A stretch of 64,000 nucleotides of DNA from a virus (IMGVR_UViG_3300028045_000012:1558-65557), one strand, 5' to 3'; positions 10,070-21,228 are shown, counted from the first letter of the stretch. Numbers and translations are program-made. The notes: generated from the sequence alone by a model not told the origin.

Positions 10070-13000
10070 TTACATTAGTATAAGATACGCCCCATTAAAA
10101 AATGGTACATTTTGTAAATCAAAATACATTAATGGTTGTATATTCATACATCCTAAAGATTCCACTTGACAAGTATATGATCTTGTTTTAAACAACCTTA
10201 ATAAATTCGTACCCTGGTAAGTTCTTTGGGTACTCCCTCTTTTATCAACTAAGTCTGATAATGTTCTAAAATATTCGGCAGTTTCTTTATGTTCCTGTTG
10301 ATTTAATGAAACACTTTTAAATATTGTTTGGTTTTGGGCACCAAAGGCAACCCTAAAGGCAACTAAAGAAAAATTACTATTTGTTATATCTTTTACTGGG
10401 TTACTATCATCAACCATGTCTGGTGGTATTAGACTACCATTTTTAAATGTGAATCCATCATCTTTAAAATAATAATTATTTCTTTCTCCAATATCTAAAA
10501 CTTGTGAATTACCACCTGCGTATATACAACAATAAATTGGTGCAGAAGAAACATTACTCTCTATTGTTGTTTGTGGTTTAAATATTTTAGATACTTCTTC
10601 TACATCTTTATAATTTATATAGTTTGGTAAAATTTGTAATAGAAAATTACTATCTCTTAATAATTTACTCATGAAAAAATATAAACTAACATTTAAATCA
10701 CTACCTAAACTTAAAAAACTTTTTAAATTGAAAACTGCCTTTGAACCTATATCATTCCAACCTCTATCAATAAATTTAAAATAATCTATTAAGTCTCTTC
10801 CTTGTCCACCACATATATTAAATGGTTTTTCTGTATCTGAAATCCATTTATCATTTATATTTTTAAAATAATTATAAAGTTGTAATTTTATCTTTAAATT
10901 ATTTTTTTCTTTTTTTTCTTCATTTTGACTATTAGAATTAGTATTAACAGTCTCTGTTTCACTATTTAGTACACTATATAACCCTCCAATATATTTATTG
11001 ATATCATCAAAAGTTATAGATAAATTATTATTCTCTTTTGTGGGGTTAAAAATATTAGGGTCTAATATAATAAAATCAGTAGTGTCTTTAACCTGGTCTA
11101 ATATTATTTTTTTTGACGATTGTATTTTTTTTTCATCAACACCTTCACTAATTATAAATAAATTACCTTCAAAAATACCTGTAAAATCTTTATTAAAATT
11201 TCCACTAACCCAATTTTTAAATTGATTAATAAACTCTATTTTAACACTTTTAGGTAATGATGTTAAATTATCTTCAATAGAAATATCATTATTTCCAGTT
11301 AAATACCCAAATTTAGTAAAATATTTGTTTTTATCTGTTCTAAAACTATCATAAGAAACTCCGTTAAATGTACCAAAATTTATACTCCCAGTTACATTTT
11401 CTTCTAATCTCCATAATAAACCACCAATATAATAAACATATAAACTAGGTAGTTTTACTATTCTGGAATTATTAAAATTATTACCCTCAAATACTGGATC
11501 AATAAATCCAGTTTTAAATATTTCAAAAGGTAATGTACTTAAACATAGAAGACCTCTTGATAAATTACTTGGTTGGTTTCTATAAAATAAACCTTTAACC
11601 AAATTTTCTTCGTATTCAGTTGTACCAATAGTCTTAAATTCAGTTTTATTAATATGTGGTTCTATTGACTCATACGTTAAATTTTTTAATATATCCAAAG
11701 ATAATTTAGTATTATCTTTTAATAATGTATTACTCACAGAATCTTTAAATACATTAATTAAATTATTAGTAACAATATTATTAGTAGAATCATATTCAGT
11801 AGAAATTTTATCACTTGTAGAACCCGGACTATTTTTTTTGTTACTGTACACATCACTATCTATTATTGATTGTAATAAATTTTTAGTATTTGTGGTTACA
11901 CCTTTATTGTTAAACAAGACATAATCATTACTTTCATTATCATAATCCCCACCTATTTTTACACCATCAAAATCAAAAGAGTTATCTTTTAATGTAATAT
12001 AAGTATTACTAATATTAATACTTTTATTAAATTTAATATCAGATAAAATCTTACCTATTTCAGTGTTGTTACTACTATCTGTAAAAACTTTTAAAATATT
12101 TTCTATTAATAACCTAGTTTGATTACCAATAACAATATTATCAACCATTAACCCATCAAGTTTACCATAACTATTTAATTTACTAATAAAGGGATCTTTA
12201 AATCTTGAATAATTCTTTAATAACATTAATCTTGTTATTATTGTTTTATATAATTCATTTTTTATAGTATCTTTATCGTTTCCTACATTAAAATTAATAA
12301 AAGGGTTAATATCATAATCTATTGGGTTTATTGGGAACCAATTATCACTATCCAAACCATTCCTTAAAATACTCGCCCTTGTAATTTCCCTTAAGTTTTC
12401 TTTTTTATTAACTAATTTGTCAAAAACATTTTCAACAAAATCATATTCTGGGAAAACACTTCTATTAACATTATTAACCTCACCTATATAAATTTCTTCT
12501 TCAGAAGAATTTCCATTTTCTATATAAATTGATGGCCACGCCACACCTTTAGTAGAAGTACTATTATTTATTTTTTCTTGTATAGAGTTTGGTATATCTG
12601 TACTATAATTTTTTAAAATATTACCCCTGTCTTTTATAATTCCTTCTTCTTCTGATTTTACAGTTATATCAGAAATTGTTTCAATCATTGCCTGTGTATT
12701 ATTGGCCAATATTTCAAAACAAGATTTTATTGTTGGATTAAACCCAGTCTCTTTTTTAAAATTTTCTACTAATTCTACATTGATTTCTTCTTCAACTTTC
12801 TCCCTTTGTTTTTTTATCGTAGATTCTAAATCTTTTATTGAGTCTTCAACTAAAACTCTTTGTTCTCTAAAATCTACTACCATAACAACTGTTTCAGGAG
12901 TAAAATTATCATTATAATATTCTTTAGTATTTATTGTATTTTTAAAATTCTCAATTGAGAAATTTTTATTAACATCACCATCATCATAATTTTTTGTTAA

Positions 13001-14398
13001 CGATAATACATCGTCATTACTACTAAATTTAGTTAAAATATTTACTAAAGAAGACCTATCGTCTGTTATTATTTTTTTATTTTCTTTAGTAACAACAAAA
13101 CCTTCCCAATTATCTTCATCGTTTGTATTTTTAAATGATAATATTAACTGATTGTCTTTAGAAGTTTTTATTGGTTTACTACTATTAGTCTTTTTATCTT
13201 TTGCCGAAGTTAGACTATTATCATTAGTTTTAGTAAACCGATCATCTGATGAAATATATTTATTATATTGATTTATTATAACATTTAATGTTGAAATATA
13301 AGTTTTAAAATTACTTTGATTTATAGTTTTTATTAGTAAGTAATCTCTTATAGATTGATAATTAACCCTTGGTTTTAAAATATTATCATTAATACTAGAA
13401 CTAACTATTTTTGTTTTATCGTTAGGTATCTTTAAATAATTTTTTTGTGTATCATCCGGATTATTTTGACCTCCAACATCTTTTTCTATTGGTGACCCAA
13501 TAAATGTTCTTATTTGTTTTAATAACGAAAGTTTACCATTTAAATCTTTTAATACGTTAAAGGAATCTGATTTTGATTTAATAACTTGACTCTCTATCTG
13601 TAATTTAGAAATCTTCACTAAAAAATCATCCAATTTTAGTGTATTAATAGTAGTAGAATTATTTGTATTAGAGTTATTATTTCCTTTATTAAAAATATTT
13701 TGTAATTTTTCAAATCCTGTATCAGTATTTACAACACCAATTACATTCCCTAAAACCATATCATTTAATATCGCCTGTTGGTAACCTAAAAAATTGGCAG
13801 ATATATCAAAATTACCAGTAGTGTTATCAAAACTAGATGTCCAATTTACCATATGTAAACAATAATCTACTTTTTGCCCATAATAACCTTTTACTGATAA
13901 TCTAAAAATAGGATATGGTAATTTGAAAAATACGGCATATGGTGATTTTATATCACCATTACTTGGTAAGTTATCAAACAACGCAGAACCTCTTACATCT
14001 GTAAATGTTATATCTACGGTAGGTACTAAACTGGCGTTATATTTAATATCTATACTTTTGATACCAAACCCCTCTAAAATACCACTACTTTGTGAATTTG
14101 AAAAATTACCAATATTTGACCAATTTGTTGTGGAATATGTTTTTTGTAGTTTTGGATCTATCTTTCCATCACTATTATATCTTATTTCTGTTGATATAAA
14201 ATTAACCTCATCTTCCACACCAAAAACACTAAATTGGTCATTACCTTGTTTGTCTGCACCTTGATATGTTGTTCTGTTTCTAGGATAGGCAGAAAATTTT
14301 ACATATATAAACATGTCCTCAGGTGGTATTACCTCCAGGTTAGGTGGGTTAGGATCAACAATAAAAATATTTCCTACGTTTTCTACATTATCAGCCAT
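10070..14398 (-). CDS. Large baseplate hub-like structural protein (N-terminal part, frameshifted)
   Basis: 1442 aa in the baseplate cluster; ends in late-control/gp27-type SYTCQVESLGCMNIQPLMYFDLQNVPFFNGAYLI. Confidence 0.6.
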   Translation of the reverse strand: MADNVENVGNIFIVDPNPPNLEVIPPEDMFIYVKFSAYPRNRTTYQGADKQGNDQFSVFGVEDEVNFISTEIRYNSDGKIDPKLQKTYSTTNWSNIGNFSNSQSSGILEGFGIKSIDIKYNASLVPTVDITFTDVRGSALFDNLPSNGDIKSPYAVFFKLPYPIFRLSVKGYYGQKVDYCLHMVNWTSSFDNTTGNFDISANFLGYQQAILNDMVLGNVIGVVNTDTGFEKLQNIFNKGNNNSNTNNSTTINTLKLDDFLVKISKLQIESQVIKSKSDSFNVLKDLNGKLSLLKQIRTFIGSPIEKDVGGQNNPDDTQKNYLKIPNDKTKIVSSSINDNILKPRVNYQSIRDYLLIKTINQSNFKTYISTLNVIINQYNKYISSDDRFTKTNDNSLTSAKDKKTNSSKPIKTSKDNQLILSFKNTNDEDNWEGFVVTKENKKIITDDRSSLVNILTKFSSNDDVLSLTKNYDDGDVNKNFSIENFKNTINTKEYYNDNFTPETVVMVVDFREQRVLVEDSIKDLESTIKKQREKVEEEINVELVENFKKETGFNPTIKSCFEILANNTQAMIETISDITVKSEEEGIIKDRGNILKNYSTDIPNSIQEKINNSTSTKGVAWPSIYIENGNSSEEEIYIGEVNNVNRSVFPEYDFVENVFDKLVNKKENLREITRASILRNGLDSDNWFPINPIDYDINPFINFNVGNDKDTIKNELYKTIITRLMLLKNYSRFKDPFISKLNSYGKLDGLMVDNIVIGNQTRLLIENILKVFTDSSNNTEIGKILSDIKFNKSINISNTYITLKDNSFDFDGVKIGGDYDNESNDYVLFNNKGVTTNTKNLLQSIIDSDVYSNKKNSPGSTSDKISTEYDSTNNIVTNNLINVFKDSVSNTLLKDNTKLSLDILKNLTYESIEPHINKTEFKTIGTTEYEENLVKGLFYRNQPSNLSRGLLCLSTLPFEIFKTGFIDPVFEGNNFNNSRIVKLPSLYVYYIGGLLWRLEENVTGSINFGTFNGVSYDSFRTDKNKYFTKFGYLTGNNDISIEDNLTSLPKSVKIEFINQFKNWVSGNFNKDFTGIFEGNLFIISEGVDEKKIQSSKKIILDQVKDTTDFIILDPNIFNPTKENNNLSITFDDINKYIGGLYSVLNSETETVNTNSNSQNEEKKEKNNLKIKLQLYNYFKNINDKWISDTEKPFNICGGQGRDLIDYFKFIDRGWNDIGSKAVFNLKSFLSLGSDLNVSLYFFMSKLLRDSNFLLQILPNYINYKDVEEVSKIFKPQTTIESNVSSAPIYCCIYAGGNSQVLDIGERNNYYFKDDGFTFKNGSLIPPDMVDDSNPVKDITNSNFSLVAFRVAFGAQNQTIFKSVSLNQQEHKETAEYFRTLSDLVDKRGSTQRTYQGTNLLRLFKTRSYTCQVESLGCMNIQPLMYFDLQNVPFFNGAYLILM

Positions 14399-14711
14399 AT
14401 AAAGTTAAATATTTATCTACTTGATTTATATATTGTTGTAAACTATCTTTAAATGGGAATGGTATCCTAATTATTTCATTGTTAGGTATATTTTCTTCTA
14501 CCCCACCATATTGTGGATTGGCCAACAATATTAACCATCCATGAAAAGGGTTATCATAATAAAGTTGACTAAACTTATCTAATCTACTTATTTGTGATTT
14601 ATAAACAACTGTCTTATCCGTATCTTTTGGTTCTATCTTAATAAAAGGTAATGGTTTGTATGTACCATCAACCTTAAAATTTTGATACCTATCATAATAT
14701 TCTTTTCCCAT
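14391..14711 (-). CDS. Baseplate wedge gp53/LysM-like protein
   Basis: RLDKFSQLYYDNPFHGWLILLANP...IIRIP pattern typical of gp53/tail X LysM-like proteins. Confidence 0.75.
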   Translation of the reverse strand: MGKEYYDRYQNFKVDGTYKPLPFIKIEPKDTDKTVVYKSQISRLDKFSQLYYDNPFHGWLILLANPQYGGVEENIPNNEIIRIPFPFKDSLQQYINQVDKYLTLYG

Positions 14712-14718
14712 AATAATT

Positions 14719-17700
14719 TTATTCTAAACCGTTTTCTGTGATAGTAAATGTTTTTACTGTTTTTGTTTTTTTCTTATTTTTAGATAAAAACCCTATTACT
14801 TTTATTTTATCACTATTATCTTTCTTGTAAACGTTTAAATCTTTTTTTGCCGTTTTTAATTCTTGTTTTGCCGTTTTTAACTCTTTTATTAATGAAGGTG
14901 ATGGTCCAACTGTTAATTGACTTTGTAATAAATCTACTTTTGTTTGTGCAGTATAAATACTTGTTGTATAGTCACCAAGTTTAGTAGGATTTGCAACCCC
15001 AGGCAAGGTAGTCCAGTCCACCTTCACTTCTTCCTCACTCACCTCTTCTACTTCCTCCTTATTTATTTTATATGATAATTTATTTTCACTATTGGCCTTG
15101 CCACCAATAATTATTTCCCCAGGGAGTTTCTCATCTTTTGTTTTAATAACTATCTCAGTAGTTCCTTTAGAAACTATTTCAATAACATTTTTACCATCAC
15201 CATCAGTATTGTCACCATCTTCAGAATCCACTTCTTGGTTTATAGGTATTTCATTTTTTAAATCATCAACTAATTTATCTGTCGCATTTTCACCTAATAT
15301 ATTTCTTTTTACTTCACTTAATTTAATCCCTTCTTTAATTTCACCATCTACAATAGTATCTGCCCTTGGGTCATACATTTCAGTATTTGCATAATAGTTA
15401 AATGATACTGCATTTTGTAACCTATTAATAGGTCCAGATAATGATTGACCACCAATTAAATCAATAGTTAAAGATACTGTGGCAATCATTGGTTGTACAC
15501 CAATACCTTCAGGGTTTAAATCAAATGATGGTCCATCGTAAGTTATATTCAGACTATTTATCGCAACTTTAGTATGGAAAAAATCACCTATTCTAATTAT
15601 ACATATAGGTGGTCTACCAAAAGATAAATTTTGTGGTTGTACATTATCACCACTATTATTTATACTTGGTCCTTGTCTCATACATTGATTTAAAAATGTT
15701 AATCTCGTATTAAACCCTTCTGGTGTTGTACTATGAAACCCAGGGTGAAAATATCTTATCTTTTCAGAAATAGTATTAAAATAATTTGGATAATTATTAT
15801 CAATAAAATCAAAATACGCCCCTTCGTCAATAATTAAATTATCAATTAATTTAACAACTTGTGGGTTATATTCAGGATCGGAGTTTTCAACATCTTTAGG
15901 TTTTACGGCCACATCTTCTTCAACAGAGTTCTCAGATTTTATAGATACCCTGGTAATATCACCTAATACACCTTTCCCTGTTATTTTTGGTGATATTTTT
16001 TTTACATCAACACCTTCACCACTTAAAATACTTAATATGTTATTATAAACTTCTTTTGCATATTTTTTTGAAGTTTTTTTATTTTGTGTAGGTGTTCTAT
16101 CTATTGCGTATTTTTCACTTAAAATACCATCACACTTAATAAGAACTTTTTTACCATTATCTATTAATTCCTTAACAAATGGTAATATATCATTAGTAAC
16201 AATGGTTATTAATTCAGATTCTTCGTATCTGTCACCACCATCTTTAGGACACATACCACTAACTTCTGTCCAATCACAATTAGGGACATTAACAGTAAAC
16301 TCTATATCTTTTTCCAATAGTTTTTTTTCTGTTATAGAAATTTTTTGAGTTTTATCACCTTGTAATAATTTTTCAATTTCATCTCTACTTGTTTGAGATA
16401 CTGAACATTCTAAATTATCTAAAAATTCTGTTGGTGATACAGTACCTGCGTTAAATCTTTCTATCAAATTACTATCTTTACCTCTATAACAATTAATAAC
16501 TCTAGGATGATCCACTAAAATTTTAAAATTAATACTACCGGATCTTTTTGAATTATTATGAGTATATAAGGGTTCTGATCTACCTATAAATTCTGTGGAA
16601 GTCCAATTCGCACTGGTATTTTCATCAAATGTTAATTCATAAGGTGGAAACCACATTATTCTACCTTTATTTTTACTTAAGAAATCACCTGGACCAATTT
16701 CATTTTTAGGTAAATCTGCCAAATTATCTGCCCACGCCAAATTTTCTATTGAAAACATAAACTTTTTTAAAGTAGTATCAGAATCTTGAAGTGTTGGATG
16801 ATATTTTGGTATACCATTTTCATTTAAAACACTTAATGATGCCTTACCATTTGTTACAGAAAAACCTTTTAAATCAGTAACGTCAGGTGAACTAAACAAA
16901 CCACTTTTCCTTATCGCATTAGAATAATTATATTTATCAGTTACTGTCCATACTCTTGAATAATCCCCTGTTTTTCCAGGGTTATCACTTTTACCAATAC
17001 CACTACCTCTACTTATTAATTTATTAAGTTTTTTATCTTTAAAGAATTTCTTTGTTTGGTTAATAAAAACTTCAGTTTCATAATTATCAACAAGTTCTTT
17101 AGTTTTGGATAATAATGTTTTTGTATTAAATGAAGTAGATTGACTACCACCCCAAATATATTTTTCATCAATTGTTGTTGTACCATTTTCAGTACTTTCC
17201 CCCGAATCATCATTAAAATCTTTTTCACTAAATGTTTTGGTAATTACTGAACCTCTATTAGTGTTTTTCTCACTTCCAATATAATATCTAGAATTTGTAC
17301 CTTCATTACTTGTACCTTGAAATCTTCTATCTTCATATAATGGACGATATGTATTTCTTTTTAATGAATTTAAAATAAAGGAAACTTGAGTTTCACTAGT
17401 TTTTTCTAATAAACTATTAACTCTTAATTCTGTTGATAAAGATTTTTCAACCCCTTCTACATTATCAACTATATTTGATGTATTACCATATTCATTCCAA
17501 CCAACTGAAGAAATTGGTAGATCATTAAAAAATAGTTCATTTCCACTTAATTTATTCAGATAACTATTTACACCACCATCTTCACCTAAAGGTAATGTTA
17601 TATTACCAACACTAGGTGTATCACTATTTGCCTGATTCCTAACATAAGTTATTTTTTCATTTATTCCTTTTTCAAGTTCTTGTCCACCTATTAACCCTAA

Positions 17701-18192
17701 TGATGTTTCTCTACTAAAATTTAAAGATTTATAACCTTCAATTATATTGAAAGGATATTGTCCTGAAACATTTTTACCTTTACCAATTAAAAAAAATTGT
17801 TCTGGATTATAAGATGTTGGATATATACCCCTTTCCTTAACTCCAAATACTTTAGGTAATGGAAACCCTAAGTTTAGTGGTATTGTTAACTCATATGTGG
17901 TATATTTGTCGTCTTGTGGCGAATATCTATTTAAATTAACATTCTGTGTAGATCTATAGAATGTTCCTAAGGGAAACATTTTTTCTTCTTCGTTATAATG
18001 GATTGGAATGTTTTCACTAGTTACTCCATTAACAGGTATATTGATTACTTTACCAATATCTTCTAATTTGGATACTAATCCAGATTGTGTTAATGTTTCA
18101 TTTACAGGTGGAGGGAGATTTCTACCTAATAAACTTTTCCTAAATTCTTTAGTTGAATAAATACCCTTGTTATAATTTAATATTCCGGCCAT
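14719..18192 (-). CDS. Baseplate / tail-tube initiator-type structural protein
   Basis: FPPYELTF..ANW...FIGRSEPLYT..RSGSINF and PPICIIRIGDFFHTKVAINSLNITY segments; lies between tape measure and gp53-like genes. Confidence 0.6.
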   Translation of the reverse strand: MAGILNYNKGIYSTKEFRKSLLGRNLPPPVNETLTQSGLVSKLEDIGKVINIPVNGVTSENIPIHYNEEEKMFPLGTFYRSTQNVNLNRYSPQDDKYTTYELTIPLNLGFPLPKVFGVKERGIYPTSYNPEQFFLIGKGKNVSGQYPFNIIEGYKSLNFSRETSLGLIGGQELEKGINEKITYVRNQANSDTPSVGNITLPLGEDGGVNSYLNKLSGNELFFNDLPISSVGWNEYGNTSNIVDNVEGVEKSLSTELRVNSLLEKTSETQVSFILNSLKRNTYRPLYEDRRFQGTSNEGTNSRYYIGSEKNTNRGSVITKTFSEKDFNDDSGESTENGTTTIDEKYIWGGSQSTSFNTKTLLSKTKELVDNYETEVFINQTKKFFKDKKLNKLISRGSGIGKSDNPGKTGDYSRVWTVTDKYNYSNAIRKSGLFSSPDVTDLKGFSVTNGKASLSVLNENGIPKYHPTLQDSDTTLKKFMFSIENLAWADNLADLPKNEIGPGDFLSKNKGRIMWFPPYELTFDENTSANWTSTEFIGRSEPLYTHNNSKRSGSINFKILVDHPRVINCYRGKDSNLIERFNAGTVSPTEFLDNLECSVSQTSRDEIEKLLQGDKTQKISITEKKLLEKDIEFTVNVPNCDWTEVSGMCPKDGGDRYEESELITIVTNDILPFVKELIDNGKKVLIKCDGILSEKYAIDRTPTQNKKTSKKYAKEVYNNILSILSGEGVDVKKISPKITGKGVLGDITRVSIKSENSVEEDVAVKPKDVENSDPEYNPQVVKLIDNLIIDEGAYFDFIDNNYPNYFNTISEKIRYFHPGFHSTTPEGFNTRLTFLNQCMRQGPSINNSGDNVQPQNLSFGRPPICIIRIGDFFHTKVAINSLNITYDGPSFDLNPEGIGVQPMIATVSLTIDLIGGQSLSGPINRLQNAVSFNYYANTEMYDPRADTIVDGEIKEGIKLSEVKRNILGENATDKLVDDLKNEIPINQEVDSEDGDNTDGDGKNVIEIVSKGTTEIVIKTKDEKLPGEIIIGGKANSENKLSYKINKEEVEEVSEEEVKVDWTTLPGVANPTKLGDYTTSIYTAQTKVDLLQSQLTVGPSPSLIKELKTAKQELKTAKKDLNVYKKDNSDKIKVIGFLSKNKKKTKTVKTFTITENGLE

Positions 18193-18340
18193 ACATAATA
18201 TTTTTCTTATTATATAAATATAAGACCATTAAAATTTAAGGAAATTAATATATAGTTATAGTAGTTTTATATTATTTTTTTTACTTATTTAATGTAAAAA
18301 TTATTATATATTCTATTATATATTATATATATATAGTTAT

Positions 18341-18369
18341 ATAGTAATAAATTTTTTTTACAAAGTCAA
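18341..18369 (-). promoter_or_regulatory. Sigma70-type promoter in an AT-rich intergenic region
   Basis: Minus strand TTGACT-N17-TACTAT. Confidence 0.55.
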
Positions 18370-18440
18370 GGGTATAGACAATATTTTTTTATTTATTTTA
18401 AAGTTTCTATATATCCTAATCATTTGAAGTGTCTTTAAAA

Positions 18441-20393
18441 TTATAAATTATCAATAAATTGTTTACCAGACGGTACACCACCATCCCTAAATGTACCATT
18501 TAAATGTGAAATAATCATTTTTTGTATCATTGGTTGTAATTTATTCATATCAACATTTCCTAATACTCCATTATCTGATTTAACTTGAATAGTACCATTT
18601 ATTTTAATATCACCAAATTCCATTTTATTTGGTATATTTATCCCAGGAATATTTGTTGTTTTATCTATTAATTTATCTAATGGTCCACCCTTTTTTGCCC
18701 CAATAATATCGTCCTGATTGTTGAAATTTACTTTAGTCCCATCATTCCTTACTATAAAATCGTTTGACTTTTTTATTTTTAGGTCTTCACCTGCATCAGT
18801 ACGTGTAGTACCTTCTTGATTAATTGTATTAGTATTTATTGAATCAGTAAAAAGGTCCTCAAATTTAATATCCGAAAGACCACTATTTATAATGTTATCT
18901 AGGTTTGAAAGTTTTTCCTCAAATATCTTACCCGTTGAAATACCTAAATTTTCTGCCAGTTTCGTATATTTAGTTTTTAAATCTCCAAGTACAGTATTTT
19001 CTAATAACCCACCAATTGATGAAACAACCTTTGCAACACCATCTATTGATGTGTTAATTGTTGGTCTACTTATATCCTCTATAAGTTCATATAAATTATT
19101 ATTAGCAGTTAAACCCGCTTTTATAGATTCTTCAAGATTACTAAGAATTTCATTAGTTGTCATAGAATTTCTCGCAATGTCCATTATAGCATCATCAGCA
19201 TCTTTTGGTGCTGCTAAAATTTCAGCAGCATCCTCCATCCCAACATCTTCTAATTCTAAAGGTGGACCTTTTGCCATATCAATAACCCAATTACCCTCTT
19301 CATTCAATCTCGCTAAACTAGCAATACCTTCTCTCATATCTTCATCAATGATATTACTACTAACTTTCATTTTAATATCTTTTATTTTTGAAGATTGTCG
19401 AGCCATATCAATTAATGAATCCACATTTACACCTAATTGGTCACCAGCAGCCTTTAGTTGCATTTTTACTTCAGCAGGGAACTCATACTCACCTGTTTCA
19501 GAGTTAAACTGAATCATATTTTCAGTCATATCTTGAAGTTTTTTTGCAAGTTCTTCTGGTTTATTTCTTGCTAAATACATTGTTTCGAAAGGGTCCCCAA
19601 ATGCTTTTGCGATATCACCACCTAATAATTGTAAATTTGCTGCGGCTTCAATTGCGGCTTCAGGTTGATAAAATTTATCTGACATGCCTAACATTTCAGA
19701 AACATCAATCCTCATTTTAACGGCTAATTTAGCCATTTCTGTCATACCTTTTACTCCATTAGAAAAAGACATTCTGGACATCTTACCAAAATTATTAGAC
19801 AATGATTTTGCAACTTTACTTGCATTTAAACCTAATTTTTGACTTTCTATTGTTAAATTTTCTAAAAATTTAAAGGATTTTTCGGAATTTATACCCATTA
19901 ATTCCATTCTCTCAGTCATTTCAGTTACATTTTCAGTTCCAAGACCTAAAGATTTACTAATTAAACCTATATTTTTCACTTCATTTGGGTTCATAATTCT
20001 AGCCCTACCTGAAGAATCAGAAAATTCAGACATAATAGTTTTCACTTCACTTGCCTCAAAACCAAATTTAGCCAATTCTGAATATGCAGAATTAAAAGAT
20101 TTAGTAAATTGATGACTTCTTTTTGTTGATAACCCTATATTTATAGCGGTTTTTTTAGACTCTAATGCTAATTTTTCTGCGTATTTATATTGTTCATTAA
20201 TGTTTAAGGCAAATTCCGCAGATTTTATTACGACATTACCTAATGTTTTAGATAAGTCACCTAATAAGTTATCACTTTCACCTATACCACTTGATGCCTT
20301 ATCCATATTTTTAGATAAGGAATCAATTTTTTTAGATAAAGATTCAATTCTAATTTCTAATTTCTCAATTCTTTCCTCTGGTGTAGGTGCCAT
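18441..20393 (-). CDS. Tape measure-like protein
   Basis: 650 aa, helical, rich in A/M/K/E; EAAIEAAANLQLLGG; C-terminal NDFIVR...DDIIGAKKGGPL; upstream of baseplate genes, downstream of chaperone pair. Confidence 0.7.
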   Translation of the reverse strand: MAPTPEERIEKLEIRIESLSKKIDSLSKNMDKASSGIGESDNLLGDLSKTLGNVVIKSAEFALNINEQYKYAEKLALESKKTAINIGLSTKRSHQFTKSFNSAYSELAKFGFEASEVKTIMSEFSDSSGRARIMNPNEVKNIGLISKSLGLGTENVTEMTERMELMGINSEKSFKFLENLTIESQKLGLNASKVAKSLSNNFGKMSRMSFSNGVKGMTEMAKLAVKMRIDVSEMLGMSDKFYQPEAAIEAAANLQLLGGDIAKAFGDPFETMYLARNKPEELAKKLQDMTENMIQFNSETGEYEFPAEVKMQLKAAGDQLGVNVDSLIDMARQSSKIKDIKMKVSSNIIDEDMREGIASLARLNEEGNWVIDMAKGPPLELEDVGMEDAAEILAAPKDADDAIMDIARNSMTTNEILSNLEESIKAGLTANNNLYELIEDISRPTINTSIDGVAKVVSSIGGLLENTVLGDLKTKYTKLAENLGISTGKIFEEKLSNLDNIINSGLSDIKFEDLFTDSINTNTINQEGTTRTDAGEDLKIKKSNDFIVRNDGTKVNFNNQDDIIGAKKGGPLDKLIDKTTNIPGINIPNKMEFGDIKINGTIQVKSDNGVLGNVDMNKLQPMIQKMIISHLNGTFRDGGVPSGKQFIDNL

Positions 20394-20539
20394 TATTTAT
20401 TATCTTTTTTTAAATCTTTTTTTAAATCTTTTATTTCTTTTTTTAATAAAAGAAATTCTTCTTGTAAGAATGTTATGTTAATATTATCTTTAATGTTCTC
20501 AATATCATTAACAACAACTTTAATAAGTTTTTTAAACAT
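20393..20539 (-). CDS. Small coiled-coil protein, 48 aa (not in ORF track)
   Basis: MFKKLIKVVVNDIENIKDNINITFLQEEFLLLKKEIKDLKKDLKKDNK; fills the gap, TAATG coupling to the tape measure start. Confidence 0.55.
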   Translation of the reverse strand: MFKKLIKVVVNDIENIKDNINITFLQEEFLLLKKEIKDLKKDLKKDNK

Positions 20540-20540
20540 A

Positions 20541-21044
20541 TTACATGATTTTTTTTATTTCAAATTTTATGTCAAAATCGCCACTAGATCTACTCATTAT
20601 ACCACTTTTCACATCGAAATTTTTATTATAAAATAATTCTACAGTACCTTTTTGTGATTCATAAGTGTTTATTGTTCTATAATAAAGTTTTAAACCGATA
20701 TTGTCATCCCATTCGTCAATGTTTAGAATCATATAATTGTTCGTCAATTTTAAAATGTTAAAATAAGTTTTACCTTTTAATGTTAAATTAATTTTTTCAC
20801 TATATGCACGTACCGATAATTTTTTTTCATCAATAAAATCTATTAGTATTTCATCATATTTTAGTTGGACATCATCACTATTGATATCTATTAAATTATT
20901 TAGTTTTAATTCTAAATCAGTTATTTTTACATCTAAATCATCAATTTCTAAATCTATATTACCCTTCCCTTCAGATATAATTTGTAGGTGTTTAACGTAT
21001 AATAAAATTTCTTTAACAATTATATTATGTTGTGTTATATTCAT
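20541..21044 (-). CDS. Hypothetical late protein
   Basis: 167 aa; TATTTAT motif at 21059-21065. Confidence 0.7.
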   Translation of the reverse strand: MNITQHNIIVKEILLYVKHLQIISEGKGNIDLEIDDLDVKITDLELKLNNLIDINSDDVQLKYDEILIDFIDEKKLSVRAYSEKINLTLKGKTYFNILKLTNNYMILNIDEWDDNIGLKLYYRTINTYESQKGTVELFYNKNFDVKSGIMSRSSGDFDIKFEIKKIM

Positions 21045-21083
21045 TTATTTTTTTATATATAAATATAATAAAAAATATATTTA

Positions 21084-21228
21084 TTATTCTTTTGGTAATA
21101 ACGTTCTAATAAAATATTTACGTATATATGTTGGCATTATTAAAATATCAGAATAAGTTATCCCATTTCTTGTTAAAAATAAGATTTCTTTTAATAAATA
21201 TTGTTGATGATTAGATGTCAGGCCAAAA
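21084..21228 (-). CDS. gp51-like C-terminal extension of the tail/baseplate assembly chaperone, probably reached by frameshift
   Basis: FGLTSNHQQYLLKEILFLTRNGITYSDILIMPTYIRKYFI resembles gp51/GT-type extensions; overlaps the upstream stop in the +1 frame; no convincing own start. Confidence 0.6.
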
